Source: Macrostomum hystrix
Taxonomy: Eukaryota > Animalia > Platyhelminthes
Assembly (NCBI GenBank): GCA_950097015.1
Contig: CATNEN010000003.1
Location: forward strand, 434,001-498,000
Direction of reading: 5' to 3'
Length of the DNA stretch: 64,000 bases
Every line of letters starts with the position of its first letter. Positions within the stretch are counted from its first letter, which is position 1. Position numbers and translations under genes: made by a program. Below the pieces are notes generated by a model. The model had not been told where the DNA came from. It did no database searches and saw only the letters and a list, made by a program, of their open reading frames with translations. Below, in pieces: positions 1 to 52,248 of the stretch.

Positions 1-60
1 TCACCAAATGATGTAGCTCGTACCATTGCCCGCAGCCCTCCTGCAATTATTATTATTATT
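1..60 (+). mobile_element. 3' end of SINE family B with (ATT)n tail
   Basis: caccaaatgatgtagctcgtacc...cctgcaattattattatt matches the 3' end of the copy at 16013-16365 (reverse strand). Confidence 0.6.
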
Positions 61-644
61 GTATATAGATATGCGCTATTTGAGATATGCGAGCTTTGAT
101 ATTTGCGTGCTTTGATATATGCGAGCTTTGAGTTTTCTCTAGACAGCAATAGCATACTTTGATATAATTCAGATTCCAATGTGTAGAAATCATCTTGGTG
201 CAGTGCCAATAAATGCAGTACAAAGATGCAGCACGTTGCTAATTGAATAATTTTTATATCCATTGAATAGTGGCCCTTCTTACCAATGGTGTTTATTAGC
301 TGCAACGGACTGGCACCTATTTATTTATATGTTTAATTCCTGCGGGCTTCTGCATTCGCTCGGTTCTGGAAAGTGACCTTTTCATCTTCCCAGGTAGGAT
401 TAGGCCTCTCTGTTTTTGTAGCCATGAGATTAATTTGCTACAAGTGGAATGCTGCACTTTTGGTGTCTTCTTTCCTGGTGGCAGCGGACTATTATTGGCT
501 CTGCAAATAGGGACTGAAATGATCTTATCACACTACTGAGTTAAGTATCATGCTGAAATATATCGATCCGATACATTACCCACGGTAAATAAAGCCTAAT
601 TTAAAACGTGTTATGATTCTGATTGTGAACTTATTTATTATAAG

Positions 645-988
645 ATTGGCGTCACGATTTCAGGCCACAGGGCGGCCGAGTCACCCGCGGTCAGAGTGTC
701 GGACCCTTAGGCCGTCAGTTGGCCGCGGCCGGTTCTTCCTTCCAGCAAAACCAGCTCTTCCACCAGCCACAGCACGAGTACAAGCTCCAGCACCACCAGC
801 CACAGCAGCAACAGCCAGTGCGTCAGCATCGACAAGATCAGTACAATGTGTACGTTGGTGGACAAAACCAGAGGCAGAGAAGCGAAAGCGCTGCACAATA
901 CGACGGCTGGCAGAGACAGCAGCAGCAGCAGCAGCAGAGAAACACTATTTCCGTTGCAGCCTACGACGGCTATTTAGCGAGAGATGAG
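645..988 (+). CDS. Internal exon (Gln-rich) of ZM-motif/ZASP-like gene
   Basis: Acceptor ttattataag at 644, open frame DWRHDFRPQGG...YDGYLARDE, donor GAG|gtaaga at 989. Phase 0, matching the exon at 3155. Upstream exons lie outside the window. Confidence 0.6.
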
Positions 989-1040
989 GTAAGAACTTTT
1001 GCTAACAATTATTTATTGAACTGTCCCTTTCTTCGAAAGG

Positions 1041-1328
1041 GTGATTGCAGGCCTACAGATTACAGCTTCGGACTTCTGACCGAGAGCTCATGATTATTTT
1101 GTGTCCTTTCCCTAGTGCTGGATACGAGCATCATCTGTGATTGCAGGCCTACAGATTACAGCTTCGGACTTCTGACCGAGAGCTCATGATTATTTTGTGT
1201 CCTTTCCCTAGTGCTGGATACGAGCATCATCTGTGATTGCAGGCCTACAGATTACAGCTTCGGACTTCTGACCGAGAGCTCATGATTATTTTGTGTCCTT
1301 TCCCTAGTACTGGATACGAGCATCATCT
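1041..1328. repeat. Three near-identical 96-bp tandem copies
   Basis: Unit gtgattgcaggcc...gagcatcatct starts at 1041, 1137 and 1233; one substitution in copy 3. Confidence 0.95.
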
Positions 1329-3154
1329 GGGGTAAAATTCTGGGTTTGTGGCGGTCTCTCCAGTGGCCTTTCCAGTCCACCGACTGAACAGCTGTACACA
1401 CAGTCTCTGGAAGCGTGCTGGTCGCAGCTGGTTGGATATTTGGGGTCGGCATAGTAAATGGGGTCACTGAGAGTGGCACAACTGCTTTGCTCATTTCTTA
1501 GATAGATCAAGTAAGTCTGTGTCGAGTTTTTTTTAATAAAACTTAAAATAGAAACCCAACACTCCTTACTTTGTACTAAAAGTAGTGCAAATATTATATT
1601 TTCATTAAAATACACTTGTAATTGCTGATTATTCGATTCGCATTGGCTTGTCTAAACACAAACTCGTAGAATCTCGATAAAGGAAATCCTGCTATCAGAT
1701 TAGAGATTGTGGGCAACCAAATAGGAAGCGATGTTTTTCAATCGAAATTCCAACGAGGCCAACATACCCTTTCGCTCGATCTTCTTGGCCTCTGAGAGTG
1801 GGGAAGTGGGAAAGCAAACCAGTAATAGCCACCTCTAATGCACTGAAAAAGGATTGCATTCCGTAAGAATCAATCTTGACGAAATGGGCCCACAAGCAAA
1901 TAGGTGCAGTTGGCACTCTCTGGGAAGATTTAGTGCCCCAAAGTAGTGGATCAACACGTCTTTACATGCAAACTGATGCTTCTCAGTAGACTTTTTTGTT
2001 TTAGCTAGTTAAAAAACATGCTCTTTGATTATTACGCTCTTCGATGTATGAATTTAAATCATTGAGAGTCTTGAATTTCAAAGAAATTGGTATATGATGG
2101 TAAAGTCAAATTTTGTATTGTAAGAAGCGAGTGAACTTTTTTATTTCTTCCGAAAATTCCTAAGCCAAAATATTATAAATATAGAAATCATCGAACTAAA
2201 TGCTGCATCCAAAACAGACCTTCCAAGTCGGAAACTCAATCCCCTGGGGCGCCCTGTCTGCCAGATTGCAAAACCAATGTCTGACATTTTCACTGAACAG
2301 GAAAGTAAAGCCCCGGAGGACATTATATAGGCCCCCAGCGCGTCATCGGCACAGTTTTGTCAACGCTTGCTTTCGGCGTTGAATGCGGCTGGGTACAAAG
2401 GCGGACAGAGAAACTGGCACGAGCGAACGAATTGGGGAAGTAAGCGCAGATCGTCTACCAGTTGTGCCTCCTCATTCCATTCTACAATGCTCTACTATAT
2501 TTGGGGAAGAGAAAAAGACAGGAAACGGGCGAACGAACGCGTTCAGAAAAGACAGGAAACGGGCGTTAAAAGGGCAAGTATATCTGGATGCCATCCCCAC
2601 ACCTTTCCAGCTGGCCAATGAATGAATGAAAACGAAATAACGTGTAAGTTCACAGCGCACCCATGCAGGTCTAGAGAAATCGATGCCGTTCTCCCACCCC
2701 CGGTAATTCACCCAAAGATGGACCTTCTCGCTCTCGCTCTCTACTCTTTCTAAAAACAATAGCCAAGTTCGCGACGCAAAATATGCTATGTAAAGCTCTG
2801 TATTTCACAAATATATAGTGCGGCACGTCTTATGGATCAGAAGGAGACAAGCAAAGAATTTTGCTTCCTAGGGAAGATGCTCCTGCAATCTTTGCTAATA
2901 AACTGAACAAAATTCTTGTCAACACACTCGGATCATCTAAGATGCGTTCCTCTGTCGGTAGCGCCTTCGTCGACGACGATATCTGTGCGCTGAAGCTGAC
3001 TGACTTCACGGACACTGAGTCACCTTTCGAGTTTCACGTGCACACAGTGTCACCGATGTTTGACGCGTACACAGCTTCGCCGCTGTTTGGCACTTGTCCG
3101 AGGAATGCACCAGATGTACGAGAACCTGACGGTCCGCTTGTTTGCACTTTTCAG

Positions 3155-3457
3155 ATGCATCATCATCACCAGTCGCATCACCAGCCGCATCACCAGACGC
3201 ATCACCAGCCGCATCACCAGGCGCATCACCAGCCGCATCACCAGGCGCATCACCAGCCGCAGAAGCAGCAGTCGCATTATCAGCAACAGCATCAACCACA
3301 GCTTTCTCAGCAGCAGCTGCCCTCACAGCGATCAATTGACGACGAAGATGTCGATTACAGTTTTTCGAAGCAGAGCGTGGCCGAGCGGATGCGCAGGTTC
3401 ATGCAGCAGGCCAACAACAGCCAGTCCACAAGTGCGTATCATTCTGGTGAGTTCTGA
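3155..3457 (+). CDS. His/Gln-rich exon of ZM-motif gene (ends at donor 3446/3447 or at stop 3457)
   Basis: Acceptor cacttttcag|ATG; MHHHHQSHHQP...DYSFSKQSVAERMRRFMQQ...HSGEF*; internal donor CTG|gtgagt at 3447. Confidence 0.6.
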   Translation: MHHHHQSHHQPHHQTHHQPHHQAHHQPHHQAHHQPQKQQSHYQQQHQPQLSQQQLPSQRSIDDEDVDYSFSKQSVAERMRRFMQQANNSQSTSAYHSGEF

Positions 3458-4571
3458 TTCACAATGCGTAAGTCTTTGATGTTATAACTCTTTTCCTGCT
3501 TAACGAATGTACTCTTAACGGTTTCTAGCTGCAATTATTAGCTCGTTTGTGCAGATTAATAATAACGAATCTATATTCCCGCAGTCTAAACGAGCAAGTG
3601 AGCAAAAAGATGCAATCGTGACATTGATCAGAGTGAATGCTAAGCATATACGAAATGTTCTCTTATGTACTCGTACGCATAGCGGGACATTATTCTATGC
3701 GATGGAAAATAGCCAACTCCATAGTCAGACGGCTATAATATAGTGCCGTTCTGGCAATTCAAATTGGCAGCTGATGGCGAGAATTTCACACACCGGGGGC
3801 CTTAAATTATTGGCCTGCCAGTCGCAGAACTTTCTAAAGGCATGGGGTTTATTCTGCAGTCGATCCCCAGACTGGCACTGGGATACAAGCGCAGCAATTC
3901 ATTTTGTCCGTCCCAGAAACAGATGGTGTCTGTGTATACGTGTGTACCTGCAAGAGAGGCAAAGCATTTTCGAGCTTCACAAAACACATCTTGTATCGAG
4001 CGCGCCTCCTAATTCTTACCTTGCAGTGTTTCAAAGTGTTTCAAAGCCTCGCATATTGTCTCCCACTACACGGTGTTGGCGCAGTAGGTATTCGGGTTGA
4101 ACAGGGAAGAAACTTCACGCCTATGAACTCGTAAAAATGGTTCCATACCGGATAGTGGACATGTGCAAAATGTGAATTTCTGTGGAAATGACAAAGCGCT
4201 GTGGGCGAATTCATAATTGAATTTCGCATTCTGAAGACGGTGGCAAAAAATAAAAAAAAATTGCTTTATTTCAAGCATTTTAAAAATAGTTAAGGCATTA
4301 GTGCAAGTCCAATAAATGCAAGAACAGACTTCCGAATCTACCATATTACCCTTTTTAAATCAAGATACCCGATTTTTTTTTCAAAGCCTACACAATTAGA
4401 GAACAAGAGATTAGTAAGGCTCGCCTTTGACTCAAACGATTATCCCGACAAGTATTGCACCCAGAGAAATTATTACTGACCGACTATTATTAGGATCACT
4501 TAATAATGCAGTAACACAATGTGCAGTGACTGCTTTTCAGTAGATAAGGAGCGTATATCACGAATTTCAAG

Positions 4572-5092
4572 GCGAACCATCTGAAATCCAAAAAACTCGC
4601 GACAGTTCCTCGATCGGGATTCGCGTCGGCACCATCGGCTGCCAACAGGTACCGCCAGAAACAGCCTTTCTGGTCCAACGGCGGCGTCCACCGCAATCCG
4701 CTGGGCGATCTCGGATGGTCACCATCGCCGGAGAAATTCCACACGGCGAGCGGCCGGCCAACGCCATCGCGCGCAGCTTTTGAACAATCGTCCTACCTGC
4801 CATCGCAGGGAATCGGTCGCGCTGACAGCCCGATTAGAACGCGCTCCACTGGCCGCGGTGGCGGCAATGCCAACCAGCGCCACAGCGTCTCCGGCGCATT
4901 TTCGGGACCGCGCTACTCGAGCATGACGCAGATCGGTAACGGCAGTGCGGTCGGCAACAGCGGTGCGCCGGGATCGGAGCCTTTCGCTTACAACAGCCGG
5001 CAGTACAATACGCCGATTAACATGTATTCGCGACAGAACATTAGCAATGCGTTTGAAGGTCAGACCGGGATTCAGCTGCGCAACCAACCAGG
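4572..5092 (+). CDS. Exon containing ZASP-like (ZM) motif QYNTPINMYSRQNI
   Basis: Frame open from tttcaag| (or ataag| at 4548): ANHLKSKK...AYNSRQYNTPINMYSRQNISNAFEGQTG...; donor GG|gtaagc at 5093. The motif matches the ZM consensus QYN(S/T)PxxxYSxxN of ALP/Enigma/Zasp alpha-actinin-binding proteins. Missed by the ORF track. Confidence 0.8.
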
Positions 5093-5093
5093 G

Positions 5094-5185
5094 TAAGCTC
5101 ATAAGCTCAGCTTAGGAAGCCCAGATTAGGAAGCTCAGCTTAGGAAGCTCAGATTAGGAAGCTCAGCTTAGGAAGCTCAGCTAAG
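5094..5185. repeat. 14-bp minisatellite (aagctcagcttagg)
   Basis: About 6 copies beginning at the 5093 splice donor. Confidence 0.9.
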
Positions 5186-5277
5186 TCTGTAATACATCTT
5201 GCTCAAGTTGTTTAGGTGTAATTTCTAACTATCTATTTATCTAGAGTACTAAGTGTAACTAAAATTGTATTGATCAG

Positions 5278-5449
5278 GCGTAACGCTGGTCCTGGCCAAG
5301 AACCGGCGGCATTTACCCAGTCGCTGGTTTACAAAATGGTCCACGAGCAAGATCAACAGCAGGTTCAGCAGAAACGCAATCCGCACTCATGGGCCCCAAC
5401 GAATCGACAGGAATCTGAGATGGACGAGCCTGGCGTGTCGGAGTTTTGA
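5278..5449 (+). CDS. Terminal exon of ZM-motif gene
   Basis: Acceptor tgatcag|, phase 2 matching the donor at 5093; RNAGPGQEPAAFTQSLVYKMVHEQD...PGVSEF*. SxVYKMxHE resembles the segment that follows ZM in Zasp/PDLIM proteins. Confidence 0.75.
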
Positions 5450-7086
5450 TCGGACTTACGCTTTATTGTTTAGTTGGGATAAAATACAAAAAACTGAATA
5501 AACTCATGAGGTACTTGAAGAGACACTCGTTTTCCTATTTGCCATCGAACGAACGCTTAAAGTGACTCGTTTTTAGGTAGTAAGAAGATGCAGTAATCTT
5601 GTAAGGCGTATTAACAAATTGTGTTATGCTTGAGCACTGAGCTGCAGAATATTGTCACGATGCCATTCAGAGTCGAATATTTAAGAGGATCACTTCAAAG
5701 TTTCGCGTCCCTTCTTCGCATGTTGCTAAGGTTTTTTTCAATACTAGAATTCGATGGTTTTCGCATGTTTTATTACATTTTCTAATACTGTTCTAGTCGA
5801 CATGTACGAGTAATTATACTCATTCGATCACAAAATAATTTATCAACATCAAAATATAGCCTTTGCCTAAAAGCATTCTTTTATTCTATTCGAAGACATT
5901 TTCATCTATAGGTTTATTGGTGCATAGACAGTTTCTCAGACTTCATCATGTATAGTCATTATATAGTACGAACTCGTAATAGATTTAGCCAATCTAATAA
6001 ATTTAAATGTGAACCTGTTCGCCTTAACCTCTCTTTGAATAAAAGTAGAGCTCACATGCATTATGATCAGCGTAACATACTAGGAGCTTAACTAGTAAAA
6101 ATGTAATATGTTCTTCATTTAAATAGAGACGGCATCGAAAATGAATTTAATTGTAACTTTTTTACCAAGTGTTAAGTGTCTTGCTCAAGTTAAAGTACAT
6201 GTGCATATGTACTTTTTATGGTAAGTTATATTTCAGATTGAACATTCGCACTGCTTAGGATATAGTGAGAATAGTAATAATAATATAATTAGCTGATGAA
6301 CTTCGATAAATAAGTGCACAGTTCACACTATATATACGACTATTTATTTAGATATATGCGTGTGTACTTACAAATGTAGACGGCACAGAATTCAATGCTT
6401 AGATCGTTTCAATATAGCAGTATATGTAGAATTATAAATGTCAGCCCAGCAAAACATCATCAAAAAATGGTCGAGTCACACGCAAGAAAGATATTAAACG
6501 CATATAAATTATACAATAGAAAAAGAAAATATTTTACCTTGGAGTTGTACTGCAAGAGTTGACAAGAATAACTTATTAGTCATCCGTGGTTGACTTAAGA
6601 TAAAGTTTTAGAATGACCGAACTTTACTACGAGCTAATGCCCAGTTTCAAAAGATGCGAGACTTATTTTTAATTCCTCTGTGTTGCTAGCTTGTCAAAAT
6701 TCGGTTTCAATTCGACAAAATGATTTTGAATTCACAAATTAATTTTTGTTAATGTCAAATGACGCCTTACTACTCCAAAATGATTAACGATGAGTGCACA
6801 TTACAAACGTTGTGCACGGGCAGATTAGTGACAGAATGAGGTTTAACAACAACTAAAGTTTTTGCTTTGGTGGGTATGCAATGTATGGGGTGGTCTGATT
6901 AAGCAACATACTCGTATATTTGTATTAGCATTACTCAAAGTCAGTTGAAGAAGCTCAAAGGAAGCTCCGGTTCATGTTTTGTGGGAGGTAATTTTTATTT
7001 ATCAGAATTTTCATCACGTTCTAGAATTGCCTTCTGAAAACTTTCTGTTTAATTCTAATGACTGATGTCGCTAGACCTACTGACGC

Positions 7087-45501
<38,415 letters not shown>

Positions 45502-46037
45502 TCAGCTCTTTGCTCTGTCGTTAATCTTCCGTTTTCTTGACGAATATCAGAGCCGTCTCAACAGGAAATCGGTTGCTGATCCGGTATCTGGGGCTGTTGG
45601 CTTGAGTTTGAGAAGAAATTCACTCAGCGCCGTGTATTTAGTTGATAATCTATATCGAATTAGGGAACCGAATGCATTGGGGATGGGACTGTGGGCTAGC
45701 AGGAGATAAATACCACTAAATCCGATTTGCTTGGTATCCTATCTATCCAATTGTTTGCTTTCTTCTATTCCGTGTTCCAGTGTTTGCCTCTTATTTGTTG
45801 CTTGCCGCGCTATGAACTCTGTATAGTATCAGCTTAGGTCAGCTCTATATCGTCACTTTAGTTTCTGGCCTGTTAAAGCCTGTTAAATAGGTCGAGTTTT
45901 ACCCCATCCTCTTCATCCTCAGATCCCCAATGAAAGATGGAGGATGGGAATGGCTGCACTGGCGAGCCAATAGTTCTTCTGGGAATGAAAGAGAAAACAA
46001 TTGCACCGCCCCCGCTTGAATGCATGGAGACCATGGA

Positions 46038-48666
46038 TGAGACACTGGGTGAGACACTGGGTGAGACACTGGGTGAGACACTGGGTGAGACACTGGGTGA
46101 GACACTGGGTGAGACACTGGGTGAGACACTGGGTGAGACACTGGGTGAGACACTGTGTGAGACACTGGGTGAGACACTGGGTGAGACACTGGGTGAGACA
46201 CTGGGTGAGACGGGAGATGAGACACTGGGTGAGACACTGGGTGAGACGGGAGATGAGACACTGGGTGAGACACTGTGTGAGACACTGGGTGAGACACTGG
46301 GTGAGACACTGGGTGAGACACTGGGTGAGACACTGGGTGAGACACTGGGTGAGACACTGGGTGAGACGGGAGATGAGACACTGGGTAAGATAGGATGAGA
46401 CACTGTGTGAGATAGGAGATGAGACACTGGGTGAGACAGGAGATGAGACACTGGGTGAGACAGGAGATGAGACACTGGGTGAGACGGGAGATGAGACACT
46501 GGGTGAGACGGGAGATGAGACACTGGGTGAGACAGGAGATGAGACACTGGGTGAGACAGGAGATGAGACACTGTGTGAGACAGGAGATGAGACACTGGGT
46601 GAGACAGGAGATGAGACACTGTGTGAGACAGGAGATGAGACACTGGGCGAGACAGGAGATGAGACACTGGGTGAGACGGGAGATGAGACACTGGGTGAGA
46701 CAGGAGATGAGACACTGTGTGAGACAGGAGATGAGACACTGTGTGAGACAGGAGATGAGACACTGTGTGAGACAGGAGATGAGACACTGGGCGAGACAGG
46801 AGATGAGACACTGGGTGAGACGGGAGATGAGACACTGGGTGAGACACTGGGTGAGACACTGGGTGAGACACTGGGTGAGACGGGAGATGAGACACTGGGT
46901 GAGACAGGAGATGAGACACTGGGTGAGACAGGAGATGAGACACTGTGTGAGACAGGAGATGAGACACTGTGTGAGACAGGAGATGAGACACTGTGTGAGA
47001 CAGGAGATGAAACACTGTGTGAGACAGGAGATGCGACACTGGGCGAGACAGGAGATGAGACACTGGGTGAGACGGGAGATGAGACACTGGGTGAGACACT
47101 GGGTGAGACACTGGGTGAGACACTGGGTGAGACGGGAGATGAGACACTGGGTGAGACAGGAGATGAGACACTGTGTGAGACAGGAGATGAGACACTATGT
47201 GAGACAGGAGATGAGACACTGTGTGAGACAGGAGATGAGACACTGGGCGAGACAGGAGATGAGACACTGGGTGAGACGGGAGATGAGACACTGGGTAAGA
47301 TAGGATGAGACACTGTGTGAGATAGGAGATGAGACACTGGGTGAGACAGGAGATGAGACACTGGGTGAGACAGGAGATGAGACACTGGGTGAGACGGGAG
47401 ATGAGACACTGGGTAAGATAGGATGAGACACTGTGTGAGATAGGAGATGAGACACTGGGTGAGACAGGAGATGAGACACTGGGTGAGACAGGAGATGAGA
47501 CACTGGGTGAGACGGGAGATGAGACACTGGGTGAGACACTGTGTGAGACACTGGGTGAGACACTGGGTGAGACACTGTGTGAGACACTGGGTGAGACACT
47601 GGGTGAGACACTGGGTGAGACACTGGGTGAGACACTGGGTGAGACGGGAGATGAGACACTGGGTAAGATAGGATGAGACACTGTGTGAGATAGGAGATGA
47701 GACACTGGGTGAGACAGGAGATGAGACACTGGGTGAGACAGGAGATGAGACACTGGGTGAGACGGGAGATGAGACACTGGGTGAGACAGGAGATGAGACA
47801 CTGGGTGAGACAGGAGATGAGACACTGGGTGAGACAGGAGATGAGACACTGTGTGAGACAGGAGATGAGACACTGTGTGAGACAGGAGATGAGACACTGT
47901 GTGAGACAGGAGATGAGACACTGTGTGAGACAGGAGATGAGACACTGGGCGAGACAGGAGATGAGACACTGGGTGAGACGGGAGATGAGACACTGGGTGA
48001 GACACTGGGTGAGACACTGGGTGAGACACTGGGTGAGACGGGAGATGAGACACTGGGTGAGACAGGAGATGAGACACTGGGTGAGACAGGAGATGAGACA
48101 CTGTGTGAGACAGGAGATGAGACACTGTGTGAGACAGGAGATGAGACACTGTGTGAGACAGGAGATGAAACACTGTGTGAGACAGGAGATGAGACACTGG
48201 GCGAGACAGGAGATGAGACACTGGGTGAGACGGGAGATGAGACACTGGGTGAGACACTGGGTGAGACACTGGGTGAGACACTGGGTGAGACGGGAGATGA
48301 GACACTGGGCGAGACAGGAGATGAGACACTGGGTGAGACGGGAGATGAGACACTGGGTGAGACAGGAGATGAGACACTGGGCGAGACAGGAGATGAGACA
48401 CTGGGTGAGACGGGAGATGAGACACTGGGTGAGACACTGGGTGAGACACTGGGTGAGACACTGGGTGAGACGGGAGATGAGACACTGGGTGAGACACTGG
48501 GTGAGACACTGGGTGAGACGGGAGATGAGACACTGGGTGAGACACTGGGTGAGACACTGGGTGAGACACTGGGTGAGACACTGGGTGAGACACTGGGTGA
48601 GACACTGGGTGAGACACTGGGTGAGACGGGAGATGAGACACTGGGTAAGATAGGATGAGACACTGG
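46038..48666. repeat. Composite 12-bp minisatellite (gagacactgggt / gagacaggagat)
   Basis: Two interleaved 12-mers with recurrent ggtaagataggat variants. Confidence 0.95.
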
Positions 48667-49309
48667 AAATATTACAGAGGAGACAGATAACGAATCAGAA
48701 CGTTTGGCTGAGAACTTTTCAGTGTGAGGCAGGTAAATGTTTGTTAGAGTGTATCTTGAAGTCCTTGTCAGGGGTGTAAATAACTTAAGGTCAGTTGCTG
48801 AAGCATTGCTGTAGCAAGCTGGCTTCAGTTTGCTCCTAGCGGTCCGCTCGGCGTAGGGAAGGAAACGGTAATTAAAACAAAGCTGGGATGCACTATAAAG
48901 ATTCCATCTATCCGTACTGTGCAGCCAGCTTCAAGCATTTCACTATCATCCCTTGACCATCGAGCAAAGCTTTTCTCAGTGTTCATCTTTCTGAGGAATA
49001 TCATATCTGAGCATTATTATCCTGCATAAATTAAATACGGACACACACGCGCACCCACCGAAATGTGCTCAAAAACTGCTGCCACGCTTGAGCTGGGAGC
49101 TTTCGGGTGCTGAAGAAGTCAGAAGAAGTGTAACAGGAGCTCGTATATGAAAACTATGAGCTCATGGAGTCGATGAAAGAATGTCATCAACTTGTGCATG
49201 TTACAAATTTTAATGACCATTCTTTTAAAAATATCTCAAAGGACGTCTTGTCAAAAAATTTCAACAAAATTTCATCGCAGATTCGTCAGATTTTAAAAGC
49301 TGCAAGAAC

Positions 49310-49580
49310 AGTTCTCGCACCAATCCCTGGCGAGGCAGCATTCATTTGGGGCGCAGTCGCGGAGAGAAGGCTTGGGGGCTTGTCGTGTAATTTACACCCT
49401 TGAGGGCCAACCTCCAACGACGATGAGAAAGTCAGGGCAGATGTACACACCCCTGTGTGAGCGAGTGCCTGCGTACAGTATCAGTGTGGCTGTGTGGTCA
49501 GGAGTCAGAGGAATGAGCAGAATTGCCTCCTTGCTGGCTAGCTGCAGTTCTCACAGGTCTAGTATGTTGGTTCAATAAAT
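49310..49580 (+). mobile_element. SINE family B copy
   Basis: tttacacccttgagggccaacctccaa and tgcgtacagtatc...caggagtcag.ggaat.agcagaattgcct are shared with 16013-16365. Confidence 0.75.
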
Positions 49581-52248
49581 GATTAATCAATTGATTTATT
49601 TCATTTTATTGGCTTATCAAACTGTTCGCGTGGCTTTTCTTACTATTTGATTGATTGCTTAATTTTTTGTTACATTTTTAAATGATTAACAAATTGTTTT
49701 AATTGGTTTTCAAATTATTGATCGATCGATTGATTGATGTAATGCTTTGCTTTAAAGTTGATTTACTAAGTTACGAATATTACTATGGATTCATCATTTT
49801 TACAAAACACCAGTTTCCATAACTGCAGAAAAATGTTGTTTTTGCAGGCAGGCTACAAAAGCATATAGTACAAAAATTATCTGTCAGCCTTTTTGAGATA
49901 ATAAACTCGAAACAATGTGTCTCGTTCTTTTTTCGACCAATTTAGGCCAATTCCTACGCAAATTCCAACATATAGTAGACTAAACTAAATAATATGGCCT
50001 GTGCCGCCTAAACCACTTAAGAAGTGTTTGCAATTAATGCCTTTTCAGACATCCAAACAGCTTGACAATGTCCCATAACTGGTCGATTATTTGCGTATTA
50101 ATTATTTATTCGCCGAGTTTTTGTTCGTCGAGGAATTTCTCTGAAGTCTTTTTTGAACGTCAGTCGAGTGTTCAAGGTACTTAATTGCTATGGATTCAAA
50201 GTGCCAGTTACATGGTACGATCGAGTTATCCAACGATGTGATGGTAAAAATTATTTGGCTTTCCTGGAAACCTATTGTCGTAATGCCTTTTTTTACTCTC
50301 CGGTAAAAATTTCACGAAATGAAATTTACATCGGCATTTACAGTTATTAACTCCAGCTCATTTTCACGTTTTGTCACGACTCTTATAAGATTTGACTTTT
50401 GCTAGAGCAAACGTAAATATAAAGCACAAGTAGCCGAGCGAATCAGTACAAGATTTATGACTTTTCTGGCGCAAAAGTTCTTACAAATTCATTGCCTGCG
50501 GTGAGCATATTAGTGCGAGAGGTACAGGTGACGCTGGGCAGTACAGTTTTATTGGGGTCACGTCAGAGAAAATCTCATCAAATATTCAATGAGCACACAT
50601 TGCTTTTGGAGCTTCATCAACTTAACTTGCCCCACCACTGCGCCGATAACACGCGCACGCGCAGTCAAGAAATCATTCTAAAGAAGAAATTTGAAGCCTT
50701 AACTGGGATGGCAGAAGCAGCTACTTTTCTTCCTGTCATATAACATTTTAGTTGAAACTTTGCAGTGCAAAGACAAAAATATCTCTGCTTTCTTGATTGA
50801 TGATTGGGCTGCTTAATTAATTTAGTTTTATTAAAAAATCATGTTGATTCAAAAAATCTACTTGCTCTATCAATCAATATACACAAAACAAATTTTGCAA
50901 AAATGATCCCATCGATACCCAGGTCTATTTGGTTGGAGTTTACAATCTTGACTTTCAGAGTTAAAAAATTCCCCAAAAAAGAAATTAGGAAACTGATATA
51001 GTTGCCAAACTGCTTTAACTTTTAATCAAACATAAATTTCGTTTTAAAAATGTATATGCCTTGAATGGATACATGCATAAAACGATGCAAAAGACATACT
51101 AAAAAGCTCACATTTCATATTCGTGTCTATAGCAAGGTCTATAGGTCTTTGGTCTATAGTTGTAAGTTACGCTCATTAATTTTGAACTTTATTTTATTTA
51201 ACTCCGTCAGCAAGCGGTGTAACAAAAACATTCTTTTAGATTACTGCTTCCAAAATATGAACTGTTACTTATATAATAAAAAAGCAACATAAATGTATTT
51301 TAATTTTTAAAACGATGAATCGAAAGTAAAGTAGCAGATGCGTTTAATGTCATTCGCTTTATGGAATTTTAATATTGATTACCGATTTTTTAAGCACCGA
51401 CTCATTGTGTAACTTGTTTATCTTGTATCTCATAAAAATATTTATGTTGCAAGTGAAATACAGGTTAGAACAAACACATTAAACTGGAGAAACATTGCAA
51501 GACAAAGTTTATGTCGTAATATGAACTAACTCAAACTTCCTATAAGCTTTTCAGAATATTGCTTATAGCCTAAAAATGTAAAGTCTATTTTAAGCACTGA
51601 AACGTCGTTGACATTCTTTCTTGTATACCTAGCTATTCAGTCTTTGCAAAAGCACTTGATCTTAAACATAAGCATTAAAAATAAACTTGTATTTCTTCAG
51701 ACAATATAAATATAGGACAATTTATTTGCTAATTTGTTCATCAATTAAACTAAATCGTATCGGATTCTTTAGGAGTCAAATTACTTTTGTATTTTATATT
51801 AAACATATATTAACAACTCGCATAAAACCACTTAATATACGAGAAAAAAACTTTTTCTCAGTATGTCAGTATACTTCAGTATGTACATGGATATTTTTAT
51901 ACTTTGCAGACTAAAAAGTTGGATATTGGCAGCTTTTAGCTATGCTTGTAAATAAGCATGGCTAAAAGCAAAATGTCTTTAATTTTGAATTTTATGGTGG
52001 AATATTTTCTTTCTTGAATTAACTTGTTTAGATCATTTTGTTAAAAGCATTTAGAGAAAGCTTAAATGTGATGTAAATTCGAATGCATCTTTGCATTTAT
52101 ACCTCTGGATGGCTAGATTTTTCATGGCAAACAACTGCCTTCGCAAGTATAAAAACGCGGGGTTAATTTTTTGTATGAAACATGCCTCAGATTTTTATTG
52201 TAGCCAATATCGGTCTAGCATTTTATCATCCAATTTTTCTAACTGCAG

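Noticed and set aside
2861-3154. 5' part of the 198-aa ORF as coding sequence
   Set aside because: A strong acceptor at 3154 in the correct phase and a composition change indicate this part is intron.
4719-5102. Minus-strand 127-aa ORF
   Set aside because: Antisense shadow of the + strand ZM exon.
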